The translations under genes and the position numbers were made by a program. A stretch of 64,000 nucleotides of DNA, taken from the NCBI GenBank assembly GCA_964647855.1, contig CAZYJW010000001.1, forward strand, positions 357,200-421,199, given 5' to 3'. The DNA comes from Candidatus Micrarchaeota archaeon (GTDB lineage Archaea > Micrarchaeota > Micrarchaeia > Anstonellales > Bilamarchaeaceae). Below, piece by piece: positions 10,433-21,692 of this stretch (within the stretch, counting starts at the first letter, position 1; every line of letters starts with the position of its first letter). The notes beneath the pieces were generated by a model. It was given only the letters and a program-made list of their open reading frames with translations. It did no database searches and was not told the DNA's origin.

Positions 10433-10753
10433 CTAGCGGTACATATTATTGTGCCTTTCCCTCTCCAGGCCCATCCAGATTCCAACGATCTCTTCTGCCC
10501 ATGTTCCCGCCTGCGCAGCCGGCCGGCCGCAAGCATGCCCCGGGGCGGTTTCCGCAGGCGGCTTCTCCTTTCCGCTCAGCACCGCGTACGCCGTGCTGAT
10601 TTCCCTGAACCGCTCCTCGGCGCCGGCTTCCTTGTTTCGGTCGGGGTGGAACCGGAGGGCGAGGCGGCGGTAAGCCTCCTGTATCTCCTTCTTGCTCGCC
10701 CTCCTGCGGACACCCAGCACCTTGTGGCAATCCATCGCGCGAACCACCCTCAT
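10433..10753 (-). CDS. Small J-domain-only protein
   Basis: [30 protein letters not shown]...[12 protein letters not shown]; alternative start at 10735. Confidence 0.85.
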   Translation of the reverse strand: MRVVRAMDCHKVLGVRRRASKKEIQEAYRRLALRFHPDRNKEAGAEERFREISTAYAVLSGKEKPPAETAPGHACGRPAAQAGTWAEEIVGIWMGLERERHNNMYR

Positions 10754-12705
10754 TTTTTGCCTTCGTCGACCTTCTCGTATTGGCCCTCTACGACGTCATC
10801 TTCGCCCGAGCCTCCCTTCTTCTTGCCCTTCTTGATGTGCTCGTATCCCATGCCCCCGCCTCCGGCGCCCTGTTCCGGGTTTCCGGTTCCGGGTCCCGGC
10901 CCTGCGGTTCCGCCCATGTCCGGTCCCCCGGCACCCGGCCCGCCGCCTCCGGCGCCCTGCTGCTGGTACATCGAGCCGCCAATCTCCTCGAGCGCCTTCT
11001 TGAGCGCCTCGGTGTCGGCCCTGATGCGGCCGGCGTCCGTGCCCTTCATCGAGTCCTCGAGCGCCTTCTGGACCGCAGACACCTTGTCGTACTGCTCCTT
11101 GCTCATCTTGTCCTTGAACTCCGTGACCGTCTTCTTCGCGACATAGAGCATGCTCTCTGCCTCGTTGCGCGCGGTCGCAAGCTCGTAGGCGGCCTTGTCC
11201 GAATCGGCATGCGCCTCGGCCTCGGCCATCTTCTCCTTGATTTCCTCGTCCCTCATCTTGAGCGGGGCGGTCACGCGCATGCTCTGCTCCTTGCCCGTCG
11301 CCTCGTCCTTAGCGCTGACATGGAGGATGCCGTTCGCGTCGATGTCGAATGTCACCTCCACCTTCGGGACCCCCCTTGGCGCGGGCGGAATGCCCACGAG
11401 GCTGAACTTCCCGAGCTCGATGTTGTCCTTCGCCATCGGCCTCTCGCCCTGCAGGATGTGGATGTCCACGGCGGTCTGCATGTCCGCGGCGGTCGAGAAC
11501 ACCTGGCTCTTCTTCGTCGGTATCGTGGTGTTCCTCTCGATCAGCCTGGTCATCACGCCGCCGAGGGTCTCGAGCCCGAGCGAAAGCGGCGTCACGTCGA
11601 GGAGCAGGATGTCCTTCACCTCGCCCGAGAGCACGCCCGCCTGGACCGCGGCGCCCATCGCCACGCACTCCATCGGGTCGATGCCGCGCTCGACCTTCTT
11701 GCCTATGGTGTCCTCCACGAACTTCTGGACCATCGGCATCCTCGTGGGGCCGCCCACCAGTATTATCCTGTCTATCTGCGCCGGGGAGAGCTTCGCGTCG
11801 CGCATTGCCTGCTCGAGTGGCCCGCGGCACTTCTCTATCACCGGGCGCACGAGGTCCTCGAGCTTGGCCCTGGTGAGCTTGTATACGAAGTGCTTGGGGA
11901 CGTTGTCGACTGACGCGAGGAACGGCAGGTTGACCTCGCTCTCGAGCGTGGTGGAAAGCTCGATTTTCGCCTTCTCTGCCGCCTCGAGAATCCTTTGCCG
12001 GGCCTGCCTGTCCTTCCCGATATCGACGCCGCTCTCCTTCCTGAACTGGTCGGTAAGGTATTCCGCCACGATGCGGTCCATGTCGGTGCCGCCGAGCTGC
12101 GTGTCGCCGCTCGTGGATTTCACCTCGAAGACGCCCCCGCCGAAGTCCATGATTGTGACATCGAGCGTTCCGCCCCCCAGGTCGAAGACCAGTATCTTCA
12201 TGTCCTTGCCCGCCTTGTCCACGCCGTAGGCGAGGCATGCCGCCGTGGGCTCGTTCACCAGGCGCACGACCTCGAGCCCCGCAATAGACCCGGCGTCCTT
12301 GGTAGCCTGCCTCTGGTTGTCGTTGAAATACGCCGGCACGGTGATTACGGCCTTCTCCACGGGCTCGCCGAGGAATTCCTCGGCGTCCTTCCTTATCTTC
12401 TGGAGCAGTATCGCGGAGAGCTCCTGGGGGCGGTATCTCTTCCCGAGAATCTCGTACCTGTGATCGGTGCCCATCCTCCTCTTGAATGCGGACACCGTCC
12501 CCTCCGGGTTCGTGACCGCCTGCCTGCGGGCGGGCTCCCCGATTATCCTCTGCCCGTCGCGCGTGAAGGCCACGTAGCTCGGGAACGCCTTCCCGTACTG
12601 CGTTATCCCCTCGCTGCTCGGTATGATCTTGGGCCTTCCCCCCTCGAGGAATGCCGCCGCGCTGTTGCTCGTCCCCAAATCAATCCCTATTATCTTCGAC
12701 ATCAT
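10750..12705 (-). CDS. dnaK: Chaperone DnaK (Hsp70)
   Basis: [26 protein letters not shown] and DVTPLSLG motifs. Confidence 0.98.
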   Translation of the reverse strand: MMSKIIGIDLGTSNSAAAFLEGGRPKIIPSSEGITQYGKAFPSYVAFTRDGQRIIGEPARRQAVTNPEGTVSAFKRRMGTDHRYEILGKRYRPQELSAILLQKIRKDAEEFLGEPVEKAVITVPAYFNDNQRQATKDAGSIAGLEVVRLVNEPTAACLAYGVDKAGKDMKILVFDLGGGTLDVTIMDFGGGVFEVKSTSGDTQLGGTDMDRIVAEYLTDQFRKESGVDIGKDRQARQRILEAAEKAKIELSTTLESEVNLPFLASVDNVPKHFVYKLTRAKLEDLVRPVIEKCRGPLEQAMRDAKLSPAQIDRIILVGGPTRMPMVQKFVEDTIGKKVERGIDPMECVAMGAAVQAGVLSGEVKDILLLDVTPLSLGLETLGGVMTRLIERNTTIPTKKSQVFSTAADMQTAVDIHILQGERPMAKDNIELGKFSLVGIPPAPRGVPKVEVTFDIDANGILHVSAKDEATGKEQSMRVTAPLKMRDEEIKEKMAEAEAHADSDKAAYELATARNEAESMLYVAKKTVTEFKDKMSKEQYDKVSAVQKALEDSMKGTDAGRIRADTEALKKALEEIGGSMYQQQGAGGGGPGAGGPDMGGTAGPGPGTGNPEQGAGGGGMGYEHIKKGKKKGGSGEDDVVEGQYEKVDEGKK

Positions 12706-12720
12706 AATCCCTCCTTAACA

Positions 12721-13197
12721 TCAGTCCCTGACAGTTTCTTCATGTTTTCCCCTGCCGACCGCGACCTTCGCGTGGCGCAGGACCTTCCCCCTGTAGGTAT
12801 ACCCCTTCTGTATGACCTCGACAATCCTGCCGTCCTCCCCTTCGGCCGCCCGCAGGGCGTCGTGCCGGTAGGGGTCGAAGCTCGCCCCGAGGCACCTCAT
12901 CTCCTCTACGCCCTCCCGTTTCAGCATCTCCAGCATCTTGGCATAGATGAGCTCTATGCCGTGCCTAAAGTCCTTGTGCGCCGCCTTGTCCATGTGCGCA
13001 ATCGCCATGTCGAAATCGTCGACCACCGGGAGCAGCTTGAGCATGGCGTCCGAGGCCGCCTTCTCCCTGAGCACCTCGTTCTCGCGCGCGGCTCTCTTCT
13101 TGTAATTCTCGAACTCGGCCTGCAGCCTGGCAAGGCGCTCTTCCAGCTCGGCGACCCTCTCCGGGCCCGGCAGCTTCCTCTCCTCGACATGCGCCAC
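12721..13197 (-). CDS. grpE: Nucleotide exchange factor GrpE (start uncertain)
   Basis: RLQAEFENYKKR, LLPVVDDF, FDPYRHDA and QKGYTYRGKVLRHAKVAV. Confidence 0.95.
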   Translation of the reverse strand: MAHVEERKLPGPERVAELEERLARLQAEFENYKKRAARENEVLREKAASDAMLKLLPVVDDFDMAIAHMDKAAHKDFRHGIELIYAKMLEMLKREGVEEMRCLGASFDPYRHDALRAAEGEDGRIVEVIQKGYTYRGKVLRHAKVAVGRGKHEETVRD

Positions 13198-13342
13198 CTG
13201 CTTCAGTTCCCCGGCCGGGGGAAGTTCCGGGGGCTTCCTGTCCCCCGGGAGCAGGGCAGCTCTCTTTTCATCTTTCGTGCAATCACCCTTTTGGGTTTAT
13301 TTTAACAATTTGTTTAATATTTCGAAAGTTTTTTAAATATTA

Positions 13343-13765
13343 ATGCGGGAAATGAAAAATATGGCGCAAAGGCGTTATTACCGGCAGATAGTCATCCGGT
13401 ACATCGCGGTCCCCTCGGCGGACGAGGACATAGACGCGGACATCGACTACGTCTACCAGTGCCTGGGCCTTGGCGACGAGCGGGACGATGTCGGGCGGGT
13501 GGTCTTCCGGGCCCTTGTGAAATCCAGCCAGCGCGGCGAGGGCATCTCCTCGCGCGACATCATGGAGCTCTCGGAGACCAGCCAGGCCGCGGTGATATAC
13601 CATCTCAACAACTTCCAGCGCTCCGGCCTCGTCGTGAAGGACGGGCGCAACTACTTCCTGCGCGGCCAGAGCCTGAGCGAGACGCTCGAGGAGATGGAAG
13701 GCGACATCCGCAGGCGCTTCGAGCACCTGAAGCAGGTCGCGAGAAAAATAGAGGAAAAAAGATAA
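13343..13765 (+). CDS. Winged-helix transcriptional regulator (ArsR-like), divergent from grpE-dnaK-dnaJ
   Basis: ISSRDIMELSETSQAAVIYHLNNFQRSGLV HTH plus wing, followed by a C-terminal coiled helix. Confidence 0.8.
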   Translation: MREMKNMAQRRYYRQIVIRYIAVPSADEDIDADIDYVYQCLGLGDERDDVGRVVFRALVKSSQRGEGISSRDIMELSETSQAAVIYHLNNFQRSGLVVKDGRNYFLRGQSLSETLEEMEGDIRRRFEHLKQVARKIEEKR

Positions 13766-13771
13766 GGGAAT

Positions 13772-14686
13772 CTACTTCTTCGTCAGCACGATGCTGTACG
13801 TCCGGTCGTAGGAGAGCGGCTCCCAGCTGGTCTCGGAGGCCATTCCGCTAACCGAGTCGACGCTAAGGAGCATCTGCCTGGTGTAGTCGTTGCCCTCGGA
13901 CTGCTTGTCCCCGGTGACATAGTGCACGTTCACCATGTCGCTTATCAGGTAGACGTTCTCGGTCTGCTCTATCCTGACGACTATCCAGTACGTCCCCTTG
14001 GAAAGCGAGGGCGCCTTTGCGAAGTCGAAGTTGATCCAGTTCTCGCTCATCGTGGTGGCGTTTATCGGCCGTTTCACCGTCGCGACCACCTGGCCCGGCT
14101 CCCCTCCGTCATCCTCCCTTATGTCAATCGCAATCTCGGTCCCGGGCTGGGTCTTGGATGCGAGCCTCTTCATGAAGACCCGGACCCTGTCCGGGCTTAT
14201 CGGGTTTTCGACATCGACCGCCATCGCGCGCCATTCCTTGAAGGACACGCCGTCATACTCGACGCCCTTCGTGTCCTCGCTCCCGAGCGAGTTCACGCTC
14301 CAGTCCCTGGAATAGAGCGTCTGAGCGCCGTTCTCTATGGTCACGGCGAGGGTGCCGACCTCCCCGGGATAGAATTCCATCCGGAGCGGCTGCGTTGCGT
14401 TTCCCTGGACCGTAACGGACGCCGCCTCGGCGCCGTCGACCTTGAGCGAGAGCGTCTCGCCGTCGGCGCAGGTCACCGTCGCTATCACAACCGCGGTCTC
14501 GGAGAGCGTGCCCGGCTCGAGGTCGGAGAACGAATACGAGGGCGAGCACTCCTCGGCTACGGGGCCCGTTCCCGGTATCTGCGGGACGGAAGGCCCGCCG
14601 GTCTGTTGCCCCCCCGGCTGCGTCTGTGTTCCTGTGCAGCCGAAGACAAGCATGGCTGCCAATGCGAATAACAGCAGGTTCCTCAT
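13772..14686 (-). CDS. Lipoprotein-like surface protein with beta-rich domains
   Basis: MRNLLLFALAAMLVFGC signal; DDGGEPG...WINFDF...GTYWIV pattern resembling extracellular beta-sandwich domains. Confidence 0.75.
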   Translation of the reverse strand: MRNLLLFALAAMLVFGCTGTQTQPGGQQTGGPSVPQIPGTGPVAEECSPSYSFSDLEPGTLSETAVVIATVTCADGETLSLKVDGAEAASVTVQGNATQPLRMEFYPGEVGTLAVTIENGAQTLYSRDWSVNSLGSEDTKGVEYDGVSFKEWRAMAVDVENPISPDRVRVFMKRLASKTQPGTEIAIDIREDDGGEPGQVVATVKRPINATTMSENWINFDFAKAPSLSKGTYWIVVRIEQTENVYLISDMVNVHYVTGDKQSEGNDYTRQMLLSVDSVSGMASETSWEPLSYDRTYSIVLTKK

Positions 14687-14727
14687 AGTATACCTCCGGA
14701 GAAGGATACGCACTCGGGTTTTTTAAC

Positions 14728-15009
14728 CTAATATTTCCCGACGATTTCCCGCACGCCGGCGACCCACCCGCGCAGATACGCCCGGAACTCGAGGCCGCTC
14801 TCCATGCTGATGATGCGGAAATGCCTGTCCTCTGTTTCGGGGAGGTTCAGGTGCGGGAGCTCTTCCACATCGAGCTCGCTCCATTCCCTCGCCGCGAAAT
14901 AGTCCGCATGGTCCACTGCCCAGACGCGCCCCCGCTCGAGTCCTACGAGGTAGGACTTGGACTCGGTGTTTTCCCTGTCCCGGAGAAGGTTATCGCCGAT
15001 TTCAGACAT
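14728..15009 (-). CDS. Hypothetical 93-aa protein, paralog of 15931..16212
   Basis: MSEIGDNLLRDRENTESKSYLVGLERGRVWAVDHADYF...YLRGWVAGVREIVGKY (C-terminal part of the track ORF 14728..15873). Confidence 0.85.
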   Translation of the reverse strand: MSEIGDNLLRDRENTESKSYLVGLERGRVWAVDHADYFAAREWSELDVEELPHLNLPETEDRHFRIISMESGLEFRAYLRGWVAGVREIVGKY

Positions 15010-15035
15010 GGTATCCTGAGATGGTAGTGGCGCCT

Positions 15036-15902
15036 TCAATTTAAAACGCTTTTGCGGGGGGCGGGAAGCACTGCTCCTGCGTAGGCGAGCGCGAATGCCG
15101 CCGCGGTCCCGATGATGCCTGCCGCGAGCGCCGAGCCGTAGCCTCCGAGCGCATCCGCCATGAACGAATAATCCGGCACGGGCGCCTCGTAGAGCGTGAT
15201 CGCCCCGCCGAAGAACCCGGCGTCGATGGCAACCCTCTCCAAACCGTCCGGGTCGGCCGATGCGAAAGGCAGCAGCATCGCAAGCCCGAGCATGGAAAGC
15301 GCGGCGGACGCATACGCCAGGCCGCCGGTCATCGAAACGCCCCTTTGCATGAACGCGGATATGAGAAGCAGCGTTATCATGCCCTCGCCCACGCCGATTA
15401 TGGCGTGCGTCAGCATCATGGCAGGGAGCGCGGCAAGCGGGGCGCCGCTGAGCACGAGCAGGAATGCGCATGAGGCCGACGCCGCGAAAACGCCCGTCCA
15501 GGACGCCGCGAAAGCACCGTATCTCCCGTAAGCCGCCCTTGCCGCATAAACGCCCACTACCGCCATGTTGAACACGTTCACGCCCAGGGCGAGGATGCCC
15601 CCGTCGCCGAAAACAACCGCCTGCAGCGCGAGTACGCATGCCATGGCGAATAACGCGCCGTCTAGCCCGAGCACCGCGAACGCGAAGGCCGCACCTATTA
15701 GGTGCCCGCTCGTGCCCCCGCCTATCGGGAAATTGAGCATCTGCGCGGCGAAGATTATCGCCGCCACCGAGGCAATCCTGAGCGCGGCCTCCTTCGTCAT
15801 CCCTGCGCGCAGCCTGCTCATGGCGAGAAGCAGGGGCGCCGCGGAAGCGAGCGCCATTGCGACGCAAATCCATCCGGTGATGAGCCCGTCGGGCGTGTGC
15901 AT
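15036..15902 (-). CDS. cbiM: ECF-type Co/Ni transporter S component CbiM/NikM fused to a PDGLE (NikN-like) domain
   Basis: N-terminal MHTPDG metal-binding motif, IFAAQMLNFPIGGGTSGHLIG, FGDGG and PDGLERVA. Confidence 0.9.
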   Translation of the reverse strand: MHTPDGLITGWICVAMALASAAPLLLAMSRLRAGMTKEAALRIASVAAIIFAAQMLNFPIGGGTSGHLIGAAFAFAVLGLDGALFAMACVLALQAVVFGDGGILALGVNVFNMAVVGVYAARAAYGRYGAFAASWTGVFAASASCAFLLVLSGAPLAALPAMMLTHAIIGVGEGMITLLLISAFMQRGVSMTGGLAYASAALSMLGLAMLLPFASADPDGLERVAIDAGFFGGAITLYEAPVPDYSFMADALGGYGSALAAGIIGTAAAFALAYAGAVLPAPRKSVLN

Positions 15903-15930
15903 GGGCGGGATATCCCGCGCACGCTTTAAA

Positions 15931-16212
15931 TCAGTATTTCCCGCGGATTTCGCGCACGCCGCTTATCCAGCCGCGGAGGTACGCGTCCCACTGGAGCGGC
16001 GTCTCGCTCCTGAGCACCCTGAAATGGTCGTTTTCCCCGTGGGGGAGCACCAGGTCCTCGAACTCATGGGGGTTCTGCTCGCTCCATTCGCGCAGCTCGA
16101 AGTAGTCGGCGCGGTCCATGGCCCAAAGCCTGCCCCTCTCAAGCCCTATGAGGAAAGACTTGCTCTCGCTGTCGCAGCGGTCCCTCAGGAGCCCTTCAAG
16201 GATTTCGCTCAT
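15931..16212 (-). CDS. Hypothetical 93-aa protein, paralog of 14728..15009
   Basis: MSEILEGLLRDRCDSESKSFLIGLERGRLWAMDRADYF...YLRGWISGVREIRGKY. Confidence 0.85.
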   Translation of the reverse strand: MSEILEGLLRDRCDSESKSFLIGLERGRLWAMDRADYFELREWSEQNPHEFEDLVLPHGENDHFRVLRSETPLQWDAYLRGWISGVREIRGKY

Positions 16213-16304
16213 GGCTATATATGTGTCTAAAAGTGTTTAAAAAGGTTATCTTATTCCACCGCCCTGCGCTTATTTTAAAAAGACACGCGACCATAGGCTA
16301 TAAC

Positions 16305-16733
16305 ATGACTCAGGGACCCCCAAAGAAACTGCCGCCCCCGCCCCCGTCCCAGGCCCTGAAGAGCCCGCCACCGCCACGGATGGGCGCCGGGAGGGCGCAA
16401 TCCCCGGAGGGCATCATCGTGAATTCCGGAGGCGTCTCGGAGAGGCTGGCCGAACGCCTTCGGGCACTGCTTCCTGCCGCCATCAGGAACACGCTTTTCA
16501 TAGACGGCAGGAACACCGTCATTGCGGACGGAAGACCCATAGGCATAATGGAGGGCGGGCGCCTCCTGATCGACCATTCGCCGATGTTCTCGCACATCCC
16601 GGTTCCGCCTGCCATGCGGAACATCGCCCAGGCGGGCAGGATGAAAATCTTCATAGAAGTCGGGGAGAAGGAATCCCAAATCTGCGCCGGGGACTCGCTC
16701 GGGCAGAAGAAGCTCTATTCAAGGATAGGCTGA
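16305..16733 (+). CDS. Hypothetical protein with Pro-rich N-terminus
   Basis: ATG at 16305 downstream of a TTTTAAAA box; MTQGPPKKLPPPPPSQ. Confidence 0.6.
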   Translation: MTQGPPKKLPPPPPSQALKSPPPPRMGAGRAQSPEGIIVNSGGVSERLAERLRALLPAAIRNTLFIDGRNTVIADGRPIGIMEGGRLLIDHSPMFSHIPVPPAMRNIAQAGRMKIFIEVGEKESQICAGDSLGQKKLYSRIG

Positions 16734-16737
16734 TTGC

Positions 16738-17562
16738 ATGGGGCGCTCGGGCAATCCTGTGCTCTCGGCATTCGTCCTGAGCGCCCGCTTCGCGGGAAGG
16801 CGCGCGGCTGCCCGCTTCTCCGGGGCGCCGGAAATCGAGACGCTGATTGTGGACGTCGACCGCACGATAACGCGCGAGGATTCGCCGAAACTGGCGCTCG
16901 AGGCGCTCTGCGGCAAGGGGGAGGCCGGGCGAATCTTCCATTCGATAATCAGGAAAGCCATCCTCGGGAGGATTCGCCTCGAATCGATTAACGGCGAGGT
17001 GTTCGGAGAACTCTACAAGCGCGGATTCCGGCAATCCGACTGGGTCGGCCTGATGGAGAGGCAGGAACGCGACGGCGGCCTCCGGCTGGACCTTATCGAA
17101 TCCATACAGGCGCTATCGGCCCGGCGCGGAATCACCATCGCCCTCGCAACGCGCTCCTCCGAAGCGGCTGCGCAATGGCTCGCCGCCCGCTATGGATTCC
17201 GTTTCGGCGTAGGCAGCATCGAGCGGCCCATGAACGGCTCTTTCGCGGGCTTTTCCAGGATGATTGGCGTCTTCGACGGCATCTGCATGGGCGCCGAGGT
17301 CGTGACCAAGATGACCGCCGTATCGCGCCTCATGCGGGAGTCCGGCCGCACGCTTGTTCCGGAAAGGGCCGCCGTCCTCACGAACGACCTCCTCGACGCC
17401 TTCGAAATGATTGATTCGGCACGGGGCGTCCTGCTGGTTCCTAAGGAGAAGAACACCCTGGAGAAGCTGACATCCGCCTTCCACCTGTACGATGCCACCA
17501 TCCGCGAGGGCGGGGAAATGCTCAGGCAGCTGGAATCCGCCCTGGGATTCGGAAGGGGCTAG
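16738..17562 (+). CDS. HAD-superfamily hydrolase (phosphoserine phosphatase-like)
   Basis: LIVDVDRT (motif I), LATRS (motif II), K (motif III) and NDLLD (motif IV-like). Confidence 0.75.
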   Translation: MGRSGNPVLSAFVLSARFAGRRAAARFSGAPEIETLIVDVDRTITREDSPKLALEALCGKGEAGRIFHSIIRKAILGRIRLESINGEVFGELYKRGFRQSDWVGLMERQERDGGLRLDLIESIQALSARRGITIALATRSSEAAAQWLAARYGFRFGVGSIERPMNGSFAGFSRMIGVFDGICMGAEVVTKMTAVSRLMRESGRTLVPERAAVLTNDLLDAFEMIDSARGVLLVPKEKNTLEKLTSAFHLYDATIREGGEMLRQLESALGFGRG

Positions 17563-17582
17563 CGCTATCTGTTGGAATAAGT

Positions 17583-17708
17583 CGCCTTGGCCGGGATTCG
17601 AACCCGGGTCGCGAGAGTTCCGTTCCGCCTAGCATGCCCGTTTTGGGCCGCCTTTTCCCAAAAGGCGGAATGACAGTCTCGTATGCTGGACCACTACACT
17701 ACCAAGGC
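17583..17708 (-). tRNA. tRNA-Asp(GUC) with a 53-nt intron at 37/38 (17618..17670)
   Basis: Acceptor GCCTTGG/CCAAGGC+G, anticodon arm CGAGA-CTGTCA^C-TCTCG, T arm CCGGG-TTCGAAT-CCCGG; BHB formed by CUGU/ACGG and UCCGCCU/AGGCGGA. Confidence 0.95.
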
Positions 17709-17828
17709 TGATAATGAGATTACTCTACGTCCTCCCTTCTTTTTAAAAATCATTCGTTCGCGGGGAGGGGGTGCGGTTGCGCTCCGCATCGGTCGCTTTA
17801 TTTTATGTTCCCCGCATATGCCTCACCG

Positions 17829-18692
17829 ATGATAGACCTCCACGCCCACACGACGGCGTCCGACGGCAGCCTAACATTCGAAGAGCTGGTGGCGGAGGCA
17901 GCCCGGGGGGGCCTGAGGGCCCTTGCGATAACCGACCACGACAACGTCCAGAGCGCGAGGAGGATCACCGGGAGGGAGCCCCTCGAGGTCATCCCCGGAA
18001 TCGAGCTTTCGGTCTTCGACCACGCCCTCGGCTACGAGGACGTCCATGTGATAGGCCTCTTCATCGACCCGGAAAACGAAACCCTTAGCTCGAAACTCGA
18101 TTCCCTCGGCCGGGTGGAGCAGAAGAAGGCCACCGTCGCGAAGCTAAACGAACTCGGCTACAAAATCACCTTTGATGAGGTGAAGGCGAAGTCGCAGGGC
18201 GTGGTGGGGAGGCCGCACATCGCGATGGCGCTCATGGAAAAGTACCCGCAGGAGTTCCCGAAGATGGTGGACGTCTTCAACAAACTGCTAGGAAGGGGGA
18301 GGCCCGCGTGCATCGGGCGCGAGTCCGGCTTCGGCCTCGGCGAGGCAATCTCGCTCATCCACGCCGCAGGCGGCCTCGCGATACTCTGCCACCCCTTCAT
18401 ATACCCCTACGACCCGGAGAAGCTCGCAAGGGAGTTCAAGGCCCTTGGCGGCGACGGCATCGAGGTGTACTACGACTATGCGGCAAACCGGCCCTCCGTT
18501 CCCACCACGGGCGAGGAGAACGCCCGCCTCGTCTCCCGGGCGAAGGCGATTGCGGCAGGCCTCGGCCTTCTGGAATCCGGCGGCTCCGACTTCCACGGAA
18601 AGGGCAAGCGCGGCTACCAGCGGCTCGGCCTCTTCGGCGCCCCGGACGGCGTCCTGGACGCGCTCAGGGCCGCCGGAGGAAAACCTTTATAA
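17829..18692 (+). CDS. PHP-domain phosphoesterase (TrpH/YciV-like)
   Basis: DLHAHTTASDG, AITDHD, GIELS, GRPHIA and GGSDFHG motifs. Confidence 0.92.
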   Translation: MIDLHAHTTASDGSLTFEELVAEAARGGLRALAITDHDNVQSARRITGREPLEVIPGIELSVFDHALGYEDVHVIGLFIDPENETLSSKLDSLGRVEQKKATVAKLNELGYKITFDEVKAKSQGVVGRPHIAMALMEKYPQEFPKMVDVFNKLLGRGRPACIGRESGFGLGEAISLIHAAGGLAILCHPFIYPYDPEKLAREFKALGGDGIEVYYDYAANRPSVPTTGEENARLVSRAKAIAAGLGLLESGGSDFHGKGKRGYQRLGLFGAPDGVLDALRAAGGKPL

Positions 18693-18773
18693 CCCGCAAG
18701 ACCATATCATTTAACTGCTTCTAAGAAACAGGGCCTGGCAGCCGAAGTGCTGTCAGGCGTGCGGGGCGCGTTT

Positions 18774-20324
<1,551 letters not shown>

Positions 20325-20352
20325 CGTGCCCGCATCAAGGAATCTCCCGCCC

Positions 20353-20718
20353 TCAGCTCGCCGGAATGTCGCCGAGCCTCGTCGCGTTCACTATCCAGCA
20401 CTCGCTGGCTGCCTCCCACGCCCAGACGAAGCGGGTGCACTCGTAGCTCATCTCGTACCTGCCCGGCTGGAACGTCTGCCCCCTGGGGTCGAAGACCTCG
20501 CATTCGCTGTAGGGCGTGTCCCTCCAGCAGACCATGTCGAGGCCGTAGATGCCGCTCCTCTCCTGGTAGGAGATGTACCCGATGGTGGTTCCCTTGGCCG
20601 GCGCGAAGTCGAAACGGAAGACGAGGTCCCCGAACGCCGCGATTATCATGCATCCGAAGAACAGCGCGAAGAAAGAGACGCCTATCAGCGGGCCGATGTT
20701 GTCAGGATTGAGCTTCAT
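20353..20718 (-). CDS. Hypothetical membrane-anchored protein
   Basis: One N-terminal TM helix and an extracellular domain with four Cys. Confidence 0.65.
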   Translation of the reverse strand: MKLNPDNIGPLIGVSFFALFFGCMIIAAFGDLVFRFDFAPAKGTTIGYISYQERSGIYGLDMVCWRDTPYSECEVFDPRGQTFQPGRYEMSYECTRFVWAWEAASECWIVNATRLGDIPAS

Positions 20719-20787
20719 GGATGCATCTCCATCTGCAACCCATAAATAACATTCGGTGGCGCGCGGAAATGCCCGCCGCCCCCCGCC

Positions 20788-21690
20788 TCAGCGGGCGTGC
20801 CTTTTTTTCCTGTGCCCGAGCAGGTGGCAAGCCTTCTGGCTCCGGCACGAGCATCCGGACGGCTCGAACTGTATTGTGACGTGCGAGATGCCGAAATCGC
20901 GATGGAGCGCCTCCTCTATTCTGAGAGAGAGCGCCCGCGCTTCAATCAGCTCGATGTTGTCCGTCTCGACATGCATCATCGCGAACGCCATCTCGGAGCA
21001 GGTGCGCCAGACATGGATGTCATGGACGCCCCTGACGCCCTCCACCCCGAGCACGGCCCGGGATATCGCGTCGGTGCCCGCCCCGTAGGGTGCGGACTCG
21101 AGCAGGATGGAGAGCGAGCTCCGGAGCACCGTATATGCGCTGAACAGGATGATGGCGGAGATCAGGAGGCTGACCGCGACATCCACGACATACTGCCCCG
21201 TGAGCAGGATGATTATCGCGCCTGCGATGACACCCACGGAGGAGAGGGCGTCCCCGGCAGCGTGCAGGAAGGCGCTGCGAGTGTTCAAATCCTCCTCGTG
21301 CTGGAGGCGGTGGGCGACGTAAAGGTTGCCTGCCAGGCCCAGGAGCGAGGTGGCCAGCATCGGGGCGCCCGCAACCTCGTATGCGGTCCCGAAGCGGGCG
21401 AGGGCCTCGTAGGCGATGAAAAGCGCCATCAGCACAAGGAGGGCGCCGTTCAGCAGGGCTGCGAAAACCTCTATGCGGTGGAATCCGAAGGTCCGCCGCG
21501 CCGTGGGCGTCCTGAGGGCGAGCCATATGGCGGTGAGGGACGCGCCGATTGCTACGGCGTCCGAAAAAACATGGGCGGAATCCCCCAGGAGCGCGAGGCT
21601 GTTGGAATAATGCCATCCCACGAGCTGGACCGCCAGCACGGCTGCGGTCACAACGAACGCGCTCTGCAGCCCCCTGTAAGCCTCCGGCAT
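20788..21690 (-). CDS. Cation diffusion facilitator (CzcD/ZitB-like)
   Basis: SLALLGDSAHVFSD, TFGFHRIE, LHAAGDALSS, VHDIHVW and HVTIQ. Confidence 0.93.
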   Translation of the reverse strand: MPEAYRGLQSAFVVTAAVLAVQLVGWHYSNSLALLGDSAHVFSDAVAIGASLTAIWLALRTPTARRTFGFHRIEVFAALLNGALLVLMALFIAYEALARFGTAYEVAGAPMLATSLLGLAGNLYVAHRLQHEEDLNTRSAFLHAAGDALSSVGVIAGAIIILLTGQYVVDVAVSLLISAIILFSAYTVLRSSLSILLESAPYGAGTDAISRAVLGVEGVRGVHDIHVWRTCSEMAFAMMHVETDNIELIEARALSLRIEEALHRDFGISHVTIQFEPSGCSCRSQKACHLLGHRKKRHAR

Positions 21691-21692
21691 AA

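Noticed and set aside
14728..15873. 381-aa ORF suggesting a fusion over cbiM
   Set aside because: Only the last 93 codons look real (own ATG at 15009, ungapped match to the paralog).
15903..15930. Cobalamin or NiCo riboswitch before cbiM
   Set aside because: Only 28 nt are available, occupied by a TATA-like box.
18733..18758. 10-bp hairpin upstream of purH as a ZTP riboswitch
   Set aside because: Lacks the conserved ZTP aptamer segments and is too short; at most a simple leader hairpin.
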